Of a stretch of 59,344 bases of DNA, positions 32,384-40,986 are shown in pieces (within the stretch, counting starts at the first letter, position 1; every line of letters begins with the position of its first letter). The position numbers and the translations under genes were made by a program. The DNA lies in the NCBI GenBank assembly GCA_963532875.1, contig CAUSLO010000003.1:1-59344 (forward strand). The letters run 5' to 3'. Source of the DNA: an uncultured Clostridia bacterium. GTDB taxonomy: Bacteria > Bacillota > Clostridia > Christensenellales > CAG-917. The notes beneath the pieces were generated by a model. The model was not told the DNA's origin. It did not search any database and saw only the letters and a list, made by a program, of their open reading frames with translations.

Positions 32384-34958
32384 GAGTTTAGGCATAGTCG
32401 TTATTATCCTATTAACGTTAGTGTTCGTAGGTTGTACGAATAGGAAGCATCCATTAAGTACGCCAATAGAGTTGGAGATAAATGCACAACAGCAAAGGAT
32501 ATATTGGAAACAAGTAGAAGGTGCAACAGGATATATAGTTGATACAGGAAGCAAAAAATATAAGGTAAGAGTGAATTCATTTGATATGAGTTTACTAAGT
32601 GATGGGGACTATGATTTTAGAGTTAAGGCAATATCAAGAACATTCAAGGAATCATCATATTCAAATACTTTAAGAGTTACTATTTCTAAATCATCACTCT
32701 TAAAATTCATCAATACTAATTCTGTTAAAGAATATCAGTTAGTTGGAATCGGAAGGAACACAGATAAGATATTTAATATACCAAGCGAACATAATGGAAT
32801 TCCAATCACGTCTATTGGCGATAATGCATTTGAAAACAACCAGAGGATTAAGGAAGTTACAGTTGGCGAGAACATTAAGAAAATTGGAATGGCAGCTTTT
32901 TGTAGTGCTAGTAACTTGACCAAGGTAACGTGTAATGAAAAATTGGATTCAATAGGAGAATCTGCATTTGAAGATTGTAAGAGTTTAAAAGAAGTGTATA
33001 TTAGTTCTTCTGTAAGTGAAATATCTAAAAAAGCGTTTAAAGGATGTACTTCGCTACAGTCAGTCAATTTACCAAACGGTCTAAGCGAAATTGCCGAAAG
33101 CGTATTTGAAAATTCTGGCATAGATGAGATACGTGTCCCAAACTCAGTTAATGTAATAAGAGAATATGCATTTGCAAGAACAGATAAACTTAAAAATTTA
33201 GAACTTGGGGAAAATGTTCAAAAGATTTCAGATTACTCATTTTATGAGACAGGTGAATTGAGAGAATTTATTGCTAATACAAAACTTGAAGAAATAGGGA
33301 TGTCAGCATTTGAAAAATCAAAGTCTCTAAGTAAGCTTGTATTGAACAATTCACTAAAAAATATAAGGCAGAATGCCTTTAAAGAATGTGCTAATTTGTT
33401 AGAAGTAAACACCCCAGAAAGTATTGAGCAAATTGAAAAAGATGCTTTTAAAGAGACGGCTATACTAAATAATCAAAGCGGTCTTGCATATGTTGATAAA
33501 TGGGTAATAGGGACAACTAATAGCGACATCACTGAAGTATTGCCAAAAGAAGAAACATTAGGGTTGTCGGACTACGCATTTTTTGACAATAAAAAAATAA
33601 AGAAGTTCGTTACTCCTAGCACATTAAAATATTTAGGATCATCATGTTTTGAAGAATGTAGTGAACTTAATAATGCAAGCATTACTAGGGCAATTAGAAT
33701 TGGCGATAGAGCGTTTAAAAATTGTGTAGCACTAAATGTCGGAACTCTGCCTAGCGAATTAGAAGGGATTGGAGAGGACGCATTTCTAAATACTTTGAAT
33801 TATAAAAATAGTGTATCAACGATAACGGTTGGGAATTGGTTGGTGGGGCATAAATTAAAAACAATCGCAAATTTAGTTGTTGACAATAGCACGGTAGGGA
33901 TAGCAGATTTTGCATTTAAAAATAGAGATAATATAAGAAAAGTAACATTTGGGAATAGTCTCAAATACATAGGAAGAGGAGTATTCTTTGCAAATCAAAA
34001 ATTGAAGGAAGTTACCATTCCTGATAGCGTAGTAGAAGTCGGAGAATATGCCTTTGCACAAATGGCAGAACTTATTAAAGTAAAACTGCCAAACAACATG
34101 ACAGAAATTAAAAATTCAGTATTCTACGAGTCAGCCAAACTAACAGAAGTTGATTTTGGGAACAACCTAAAAAAGATAGGGAACTATGCTTTCTACAGAA
34201 CGTCTATAGAAAAATTAGATTTACCAACGTCAGTAACATCAATTGGGAAGGCAGCATTCTATGAAAATAAGAGATTAACAGAAGCAAACATTGAGGGAGA
34301 TTTGGAATATATTGGTGATTACGCCTTTTATGCAAATACAAATCTTGAAAGAGTTAAGTTTGGGAAAAAACTAAAGAAGATAGGAAATTATAGTTTTTAT
34401 ATGGCACATTTGCTCAAAAATCTTAAATTAGAAGAAGGAGTTGAAGAGATAGGCGACTATGCATTTGCGGAAGCGAGAAATTTACAAACTGTTGTCTTGC
34501 CAACTACAATGAAATCATTAGGTATAAGATCCTTTGAAAAAGCAACAAGTTTGGACAAAATAGATTTGGGTGGGACATCAAGAATAGGAGACTATGCTTT
34601 TGCGTCATGCACACAATTAAAAAGCGTACTGATAACGAAGAAGCAGAAAAAGTTAGGAAAACACTTATTTGCAGATGCTGAGCCAACTATATATATGGAG
34701 AGAGGAGTTGATGAAAAGCAATTTGATGTTGCTTGGAATTCGGGCAATTCGGTTGTGATTTCTGGCATTGAATCAAATACAATTGAAATACAAGAAGGAA
34801 CGATAAGAAATTACAATCAGTATAAGACAATTGTTCCATTGCAAATGCCAAATAAAAAACTAGTGGGATACGTTAATTCCACAACTGGAGACCGCATAGA
34901 ACCTAAAGAAATTGCCAATGTTAAAATGGGCACTGTGATAGAGTTAATTTGGGAATAA
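32364..34958 (+). CDS. Surface lipoprotein with an Fn3-like N-domain and BspA-type leucine-rich repeats
   Basis: Lipobox 'LVFVGCT'. 'IYWKQVEGATGYIV...DYDFRVKAIS' is Fn3-like, followed by more than 20 LRR_5-like units ('I..IG..AF..C..L'). It overlaps the upstream gene by 20 nt. Confidence 0.8.
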   Translation: MQRVRIKSLGIVVIILLTLVFVGCTNRKHPLSTPIELEINAQQQRIYWKQVEGATGYIVDTGSKKYKVRVNSFDMSLLSDGDYDFRVKAISRTFKESSYSNTLRVTISKSSLLKFINTNSVKEYQLVGIGRNTDKIFNIPSEHNGIPITSIGDNAFENNQRIKEVTVGENIKKIGMAAFCSASNLTKVTCNEKLDSIGESAFEDCKSLKEVYISSSVSEISKKAFKGCTSLQSVNLPNGLSEIAESVFENSGIDEIRVPNSVNVIREYAFARTDKLKNLELGENVQKISDYSFYETGELREFIANTKLEEIGMSAFEKSKSLSKLVLNNSLKNIRQNAFKECANLLEVNTPESIEQIEKDAFKETAILNNQSGLAYVDKWVIGTTNSDITEVLPKEETLGLSDYAFFDNKKIKKFVTPSTLKYLGSSCFEECSELNNASITRAIRIGDRAFKNCVALNVGTLPSELEGIGEDAFLNTLNYKNSVSTITVGNWLVGHKLKTIANLVVDNSTVGIADFAFKNRDNIRKVTFGNSLKYIGRGVFFANQKLKEVTIPDSVVEVGEYAFAQMAELIKVKLPNNMTEIKNSVFYESAKLTEVDFGNNLKKIGNYAFYRTSIEKLDLPTSVTSIGKAAFYENKRLTEANIEGDLEYIGDYAFYANTNLERVKFGKKLKKIGNYSFYMAHLLKNLKLEEGVEEIGDYAFAEARNLQTVVLPTTMKSLGIRSFEKATSLDKIDLGGTSRIGDYAFASCTQLKSVLITKKQKKLGKHLFADAEPTIYMERGVDEKQFDVAWNSGNSVVISGIESNTIEIQEGTIRNYNQYKTIVPLQMPNKKLVGYVNSTTGDRIEPKEIANVKMGTVIELIWE

Positions 34959-35021
34959 GATGCACATTGATATTCAACAAAAAGTCTTAAACCCTCAATT
35001 AAATATCTATGTTAAATGACG

Positions 35022-35058
35022 TATCTAATCCGATTAATTTAGTATAACATTAATTATT
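35022..35058 (+). repeat. Right copy of the direct repeat bracketing the LRR/MoxR/VWA operon
   Basis: TATCTAATCCGATTAATTTAGTATAACATTAATTATT. Relative to 20615-20655 it has one mismatch and a 5-nt gap across the first ~36 aligned positions. Confidence 0.5.
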
Positions 35059-35210
35059 AAACAACACTTTAAGGACATAATTTGGCTTACCTTAGAAAAA
35101 TATCTCAATCATGCAGTATCATAAGAAACATAAGTAGACTTTATTTTTTATAAAATAGGCGAACTTTTTAAGGGCAATATATAAATATTTATTATATAAT
35201 TATATTTAAT

Positions 35211-36182
35211 ATGGCGTTTGAAGATTTTAGAAAAACAATTTATCAAATTAATAAGGGCGAAGAGAAGGCATCAGTAATTATTTTGATTACAGATGAACCA
35301 TATTTCCTTTTATCTGCTAGAAATATGATAAAAAAACTTGTAGTACCAGAAGAAATAGATTTCAACTATTCATCTGTATACGGAAGAGATAGTTTGTCAT
35401 CTTTGATAGAAACGGCAGATATGCAATCCTTTTTTGCGAATCACAAATATCTTGTATGCACAATTGATGATAAGGCAGACAACGCTACTGAAGTTGAGTT
35501 GTCAAAATTCAATTCAGAAAACGCTACTTTATTTATTTTATCTGGTAGTGAAAACTCAAGAATATTGAGCAAAGTAAAAAATGCAAAGATTATAAATGCC
35601 CACTCATTATCAGAAGATGAACTAAACTATGAGTGTGGAAAAATTCTACAAAAATACGGAATCAACGATATTGAATATCAAGCAAAAAATCTGATTATAC
35701 AAAAATGTGGCAAATCAATTTCCTTGGTTAATGCAGAAGTATCGAAACTTGTCGCTTTCAAAAAAAACACTATAACAACTAAAATTGTAGATGAACTAGT
35801 ATCAGATAATATGGAATTCAAGATATACGAGTTGTCGCAAGCATTGGCAAAAAAGGAATTTGATAAGTCATTTAAGATACTTGATGAATTAATCCGTACT
35901 GGACTAAAACCAATGGATTTACTTGGGGCAATACATAAATATTTCAGACAAATGTTGCATGCATTAATTAACAAGGACATGAAAAACGATGAGTTGTCCA
36001 TATATATGGAGATTAGCCCAGGGGCACTATTTTATTTAAAAAAAGCGGCTTCTGCATATAGCCAAGTGCAGTTGAAGGAAATTGCAGACTACATGTTTAT
36101 GTTGCAGTATAAGGTTGTAAGTGGCAGAAGGGACGCAAATATGATTTTAGATTCAGCAATCGCAAGGCTGATACAAATGTGA
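35211..36182 (+). CDS. holA: DNA polymerase III delta subunit
   Basis: The 323-aa protein has the HolA layout. The C-terminal helical part 'FKIYELSQALAKKEFDKSFKILDELIRTGLKPMDLLGAIHKYFRQM' is typical of delta. No SD is visible. Confidence 0.7.
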   Translation: MAFEDFRKTIYQINKGEEKASVIILITDEPYFLLSARNMIKKLVVPEEIDFNYSSVYGRDSLSSLIETADMQSFFANHKYLVCTIDDKADNATEVELSKFNSENATLFILSGSENSRILSKVKNAKIINAHSLSEDELNYECGKILQKYGINDIEYQAKNLIIQKCGKSISLVNAEVSKLVAFKKNTITTKIVDELVSDNMEFKIYELSQALAKKEFDKSFKILDELIRTGLKPMDLLGAIHKYFRQMLHALINKDMKNDELSIYMEISPGALFYLKKAASAYSQVQLKEIADYMFMLQYKVVSGRRDANMILDSAIARLIQM

Positions 36183-36189
36183 GGAAAGT

Positions 36190-37038
36190 GTGGAAAGTTT
36201 TCAAGTGTTTTTTAAAAATATAGATGCATATTTTGCAATAGATATAGCGGTACTTTTAACGGTGCTAATAGTAATGATTGTGTTCTTTTTGTTTAAGAAA
36301 AATATAAGAATACCAATATTCCTCATTTCAATGTTTTCAATTGAATTGCTTTGCATGATAGGTAGCAGTTTCCTTGAAAACAAAAAGTTGCTGATAGCAA
36401 AATATGTTCTACATTATTTCAACATATTCATTTTGATTGCATTCGCAGTTGTATATCAAAGCGACTTGAGAGACTTAAACCAAAGGTTGTTTGCGAATAG
36501 GAAACATAAAGGTAAAAACAAAGTTTCAACAGATGATTTGATGGATGCTACAGAGCACATCTTAACTGCATGTCAGAATATGGCAAAGCAAGATGTAGGT
36601 GCGATTATTATCATCGAGGAAGAAGAGGAACTTAATAAATCAATTATTGAAAGTGGAACATATTTGGATGCAAAGATTTCTTCTGGTTTGCTTGAAAGTA
36701 TATTCAACACAAAGGCTCCTTTACATGATGGAGCAGTTGTAGTTAAGGGGGACCGTATTGTCGCCGCAGGATGCTTCCTAACCTTAACAGAAAGTAAGGA
36801 TTTAGATAAGAGGTATGGAACAAGGCACAGAGCAGCTCTTGGGGTTACAGAACAATCAGATGTATTGTCCATTGTTGTAAGTGAAGAAACAGGTATTATT
36901 TCCGTAGCAAGAAGAGGGACACTAAGGACATATATCACAATGGAAGTCTTGAAGGCAGAAATTGAGAAGTCATATAGAATCAGCCAAGTAGATACAACAG
37001 TAGAGAGTTTAAGGAATAGTATTAATAATGGAAATTAG
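36190..37038 (+). CDS. cdaA: Membrane diadenylate cyclase (DisA_N/DAC domain)
   Basis: Three N-terminal TMs, then 'GAIIIIE', 'LHDGAVVV', 'YGTRHRAALGVTEQSDVLSIVVSEETGIISVA'. GTG start after GAGGAAAG. Confidence 0.85.
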   Translation: MESFQVFFKNIDAYFAIDIAVLLTVLIVMIVFFLFKKNIRIPIFLISMFSIELLCMIGSSFLENKKLLIAKYVLHYFNIFILIAFAVVYQSDLRDLNQRLFANRKHKGKNKVSTDDLMDATEHILTACQNMAKQDVGAIIIIEEEEELNKSIIESGTYLDAKISSGLLESIFNTKAPLHDGAVVVKGDRIVAAGCFLTLTESKDLDKRYGTRHRAALGVTEQSDVLSIVVSEETGIISVARRGTLRTYITMEVLKAEIEKSYRISQVDTTVESLRNSINNGN

Positions 37039-38200
37039 ATGTGGCGAAATTTTAGTTCCTAATAAGTCTGTTGACCTACGAAATTGGTCCGTTGTTTCTT
37101 GCGACCAGTTTACTACAGATAAAGAATATTGGGATAGCATACGCAATAAAAAAGAAGACTTTCCAACCGCAGCAAAGTTAGTAATTCCAGAAGTATACTT
37201 ACCACTAGAAGATGAAAATAAGGAAATTGAGGAAGTACAACATGAAATGAAAAAGTACTTGGACGATAAAATCTTTGATGTGATAACAAAAAATGCAGTA
37301 TGTATTCAGAGAACTTTTCCAAGTGGAAACAAGCGAATAGGAATAGTTTGCGAGATAGATTTAGAGGAATATTCATTTAATCTCTCAGATAAGGCAAAGA
37401 TACGTTCAACCGAAGAAATAGATGAAAACAAGGTGAAAACAAGGCTAAAAGTACGTGAGGGGGCACCACTTGAACTGCCACACATCATAATTTTCGCCGA
37501 TGACGTCAAAGGTATGTTCATTCCTAAGGAAATTAATTCAGCTCAAAAAGAGTTGTATTCATTTGAAGGGAAGAAGAATGCAGGCGAAATAAAAGGCACT
37601 TTAATTTCATCAAGGAAGGTTATAAGCGGATTTAAGAAATATAAAAAACATATGAAAAAGAAATATCCAAATGACAACATTCTATTCTTGGTGGGCGACG
37701 GCAATCATTCATTAGTAGCGGCAAAGAAGTATTGGGAAGGAATAAAAAGAGAATTAACAGAGAAAGAAAAAAAGAATCACAAGGCACGTTTTGCACTTTG
37801 TGAAATTGTAGACATAAACAGTTTAGAGACTTTTCAATCAATCAATCGAGTACTTACAAATGTAGATAAAAAAGCCGTAAAAAATTTTTTTGGTACTGAA
37901 GAAAACATACTTGATTACTCAAAAGTACAAAATAAAAACAGCATTGAAACTTTAATAGATGTTGATAAGAAGATAGACGAATTTTTGAAAGAAAATCCAA
38001 AGGCAAAAAAGGAATACATATATACAGAGGAAGAAATAGAGAATGGTCAAAAAGGTTCAAGTCTAATATTTCTAGTACCAACAATTAAGAGAAGTGATTT
38101 ATTTCCATATTGCATTGCTCACGGCAATCTACCAAAGAAAACATTTTCAATTGGAGTTGGGGAAGAAAAAAGATATTATTTAGAAGCGAAGAGGATATAA
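37028..38200 (+). CDS. Conserved hypothetical protein, probably DUF1015 family
   Basis: 390 aa. The N-terminal 'ILVPNKSVDLRNWSVVSCDQFTTDKEYW' resembles, from my recollection, the 'LLP...KWAVVACDQYTS.PEYW' start of one DUF1015 subgroup. It overlaps the cdaA stop by 11 nt. Confidence 0.45.
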   Translation: MEIRCGEILVPNKSVDLRNWSVVSCDQFTTDKEYWDSIRNKKEDFPTAAKLVIPEVYLPLEDENKEIEEVQHEMKKYLDDKIFDVITKNAVCIQRTFPSGNKRIGIVCEIDLEEYSFNLSDKAKIRSTEEIDENKVKTRLKVREGAPLELPHIIIFADDVKGMFIPKEINSAQKELYSFEGKKNAGEIKGTLISSRKVISGFKKYKKHMKKKYPNDNILFLVGDGNHSLVAAKKYWEGIKRELTEKEKKNHKARFALCEIVDINSLETFQSINRVLTNVDKKAVKNFFGTEENILDYSKVQNKNSIETLIDVDKKIDEFLKENPKAKKEYIYTEEEIENGQKGSSLIFLVPTIKRSDLFPYCIAHGNLPKKTFSIGVGEEKRYYLEAKRI

Positions 38201-38202
38201 AA

Positions 38203-39510
38203 ATGAAAGTTTGTAAGTTCGGTGGGACATCAATGGCAAACGCCAATACAATTAGTAGAGTTGTTAAGTTAATAGAAAATGATAGTGATAGAAAAATTAT
38301 TGTAGTATCAGCACCAGGGAAAAGAGATAAGACAGATATTAAAATAACTGACGTACTCTATCAATGTTATGACGAAGTAGAAAAAACTGGTAAATGCGAT
38401 AAGTCATTTAAAATAATAGTAGACAGATTCAACACAATTATTTCAGAACTTAAAATTAAGTTAGATATAACAGACTTGCTTAAAAAAATGAAAAGTGAGT
38501 TTGAAAAAGAAAAATCAAAAGATTATATAGCATCAAGAGGCGAATATCTAAGTGCACTAATTCTAGCAGAGAAGTTGGGTTATGAATTTATAGATGCAAC
38601 AGAGTTGATTAAGTTCAATGATGATAAAGAATTGCAACTAGAATATTCATATGATTTAATCTCACAAAAACTCAAGAAGGTTAAGAAGGCAGTTGTTCCT
38701 GGATTTTATGGGGCAACACCATCTGGCAAAGTTAAAACATTTTCACGCGGTGGTTCTGATATAACAGGGGCAATAGTTGCAAGAGCAGTATCTGCAAGCA
38801 TTTATGAAAACTGGACAGACGTAAACGGATTTTTAAGTGCAGACCCAAGAATAGTTGATGATCCAAAATTGATATCATATTTGAGTTATAAAGAGTTAAG
38901 AGAGTTAGCATACATGGGTGCTGAGGTTCTACACCCAGAGTCGATATTCCCAGTAAGGAGTATTGGAATTCCAATAAACATTAAAAACACATTTAATGAA
39001 ACGCATCAAGGAACAATGATTGTAGCAGCGAAAGATTTGCCAAAACAAGACAATGTAATAACTGGTATATCTGGACGTAAAGGGTTCACAATTATAAATA
39101 TTGAAAAAGACATGATGAATGCTGAAATTGGATTTGCTAGAAAAGTCCTTTCGGTTCTCGAAGAGGAACATATTTCATTTGAACATATGCCATCAGGTAT
39201 TGATACGTTGTCAATAGTAATTAGAGATGAGCATATTGTAAACAAGATGCAGAAAGTAATATCAAAGATTAATGGAATAACGAATGCAGATAATATAGAC
39301 ATTCATAGTGGACTTTCGTTGATTGCAACAGTTGGACATAATATGGCATCTAGACAAGGAACTGCAGCAAAGATATTTGAAGCCTTAGCAAGTAAAAATA
39401 TTAACATAAGAATGATTGATCAAGGGTCAAGTGAGTTAAATATCATTGTAGGGGTAGATACTTTTGATTATGAAAAAGCAATTTGCTCTATATATGATGC
39501 ATTTAATTAA
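38203..39510 (+). CDS. Aspartate kinase
   Basis: 'MKVCKFGGTSMANA', 'IVVVSAPGKRDKTD', 'FSRGGSDITGAIVA', and C-terminal ACT-like repeats. The start was taken at 38203, right after the upstream stop, not at ORF-track position 38110. Confidence 0.85.
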   Translation: MKVCKFGGTSMANANTISRVVKLIENDSDRKIIVVSAPGKRDKTDIKITDVLYQCYDEVEKTGKCDKSFKIIVDRFNTIISELKIKLDITDLLKKMKSEFEKEKSKDYIASRGEYLSALILAEKLGYEFIDATELIKFNDDKELQLEYSYDLISQKLKKVKKAVVPGFYGATPSGKVKTFSRGGSDITGAIVARAVSASIYENWTDVNGFLSADPRIVDDPKLISYLSYKELRELAYMGAEVLHPESIFPVRSIGIPINIKNTFNETHQGTMIVAAKDLPKQDNVITGISGRKGFTIINIEKDMMNAEIGFARKVLSVLEEEHISFEHMPSGIDTLSIVIRDEHIVNKMQKVISKINGITNADNIDIHSGLSLIATVGHNMASRQGTAAKIFEALASKNINIRMIDQGSSELNIIVGVDTFDYEKAICSIYDAFN

Positions 39511-39544
39511 AGTAAACAGTAGTTATGCAAAAACTCAAAAAAAT

Positions 39545-40747
39545 CTAATTTTGCGAAGCAAGCCATCTTGCGATATCAAGAATCCTTATACCCTCGTAAT
39601 CTCTTTCTGGATGTTTTGTCCTAGCAATAATAATTTTTGGGTAAGCATCCCTAATTGAAAGTAGAGGAGAAACTTCACGTTTTAATGTCTCCTCCCACGA
39701 GATATCGTCGCAAACTTGAATATAAGTTTTAATATCGTCTTTAATAGCCACGAAATCAACCTCTTTTTCTCCAAGTTGTCCTGTATATACTTCAAAGCCT
39801 CTGCGTAGCAATTCAATGGCGACGATATTTTCATATAAGTGTCCAATGTCAGAATTTTTTGTTCCTATAGTTGCATATCTAAGCGAGAGATCTGCTACGA
39901 AGTATTTTTTATCTGATTCTAAGCATCTCTTGCTTTTGATGTCGTATCTACTAAACGGATAAAATAAGTAACTGCGACAAAGATAGCCAATATATGAACC
40001 ACAAGTCTTATCATTTGTCTTATAAGTTTTTGAAGAAAGAGTGTTGGCGATATTTCTTATTGATGTCTTATTTCCAACGTTATCCATAAGGAAGTCAACA
40101 ATCACATTTAGGAGGACTTCATTTTCAACTTTAAATTTAGTAATAATGTCCTTAGTTATTGTAGTGCGTACAATGCCCATTAAATAATCTTTTGCATAAC
40201 TCATATCACTATAAAGATATGAGCCAGCCATACCGCCAATATTAATGAATCTATCAAAAGCAATATCTATGTCTTTTTCATCATAATATGTGAGAAATTC
40301 TTGGAACGAAAAAGGGAAAACACTAATTTCAAAGACTCGTCCGCCGATTAGAGTCGCTAAATCGCTAGACAATAAGAAAACATTTGATCCAGTCAAGAAC
40401 ATATTAAAACGCTCTTCCTCGTGCAAACTAATTATTGGAAGTTCAAAATCTTTACAAAGTTGTATTTCATCAATAAATAAAAAGTTTTCTTTTGTGCTGT
40501 CATAATGTTGATCAACATATTCATATAATAGATCTCTAGATTTTAGAGTTTCAAACTCATTCAAGTTTAGATTGATATGTATTATGTTTAAATTTTTGTT
40601 CTGCTTACGAAGGTAACTAATAAAAGAATCTATAAGTTTGGATTTTCCAGAACGATGTATCCCAGTAATTACCTTTATATCAGGGACATTCATAACATTT
40701 ATTAGTCGCTGTATATAGTTTTTTCTATCAATTAATTTCATAAACAC
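39545..40747 (-). CDS. AAA_14/DUF4143-family NTPase, paralog 1
   Basis: 'NYIQRLINVMNVPDIKVITGIHRSGKSKL' (Walker A), 'FLFIDEIQ' (Walker B). The C-terminal 'EKEVDFVAI...TYIQVC' is a degenerate D...ExK-like module. Confidence 0.75.
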   Translation of the reverse strand: MFMKLIDRKNYIQRLINVMNVPDIKVITGIHRSGKSKLIDSFISYLRKQNKNLNIIHINLNLNEFETLKSRDLLYEYVDQHYDSTKENFLFIDEIQLCKDFELPIISLHEEERFNMFLTGSNVFLLSSDLATLIGGRVFEISVFPFSFQEFLTYYDEKDIDIAFDRFINIGGMAGSYLYSDMSYAKDYLMGIVRTTITKDIITKFKVENEVLLNVIVDFLMDNVGNKTSIRNIANTLSSKTYKTNDKTCGSYIGYLCRSYLFYPFSRYDIKSKRCLESDKKYFVADLSLRYATIGTKNSDIGHLYENIVAIELLRRGFEVYTGQLGEKEVDFVAIKDDIKTYIQVCDDISWEETLKREVSPLLSIRDAYPKIIIARTKHPERDYEGIRILDIARWLASQN

Positions 40748-40901
40748 CTTATTTATATTAAATCCTATTTCGCAAAAACTGTCAAATCACTTAAGTGCGA
40801 ACTTTAATAACGATATTCAATAAGAAAGAATCTTGAAAAACTCCCATATAAAACATTTTTACATAAATTTAACGGTTTAGACAATCGTTCTGATTTGCTA
40901 A

Positions 40902-40918
40902 TTGTCGCATAGCGACAA
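40902..40918 (+). promoter_or_regulatory. Palindromic operator candidate upstream of the AlbA_2/wHTH gene
   Basis: TTGTCGC-ATA-GCGACAA is a perfect 7-bp-arm palindrome. Further TGTCG(C) half-sites lie at 40924, 40945 and 40970, around a TGTGATAAAAT extended -10-like element. Confidence 0.4.
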
Positions 40919-40986
40919 CAAAATGTCGTTTTTTATTTTAAAAATGTCGCAACTGTGATAAAATAACTGTGTCGGAGGCGTATTTA

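Noticed and set aside
38110-38202. A 31-codon N-terminal extension of aspartate kinase in the ORF track.
   Set aside because: The extension overlaps the end of the DUF1015-like gene. The conserved kinase N-terminus 'MKVCKFGGTS' starts at 38203, immediately after that gene's stop.
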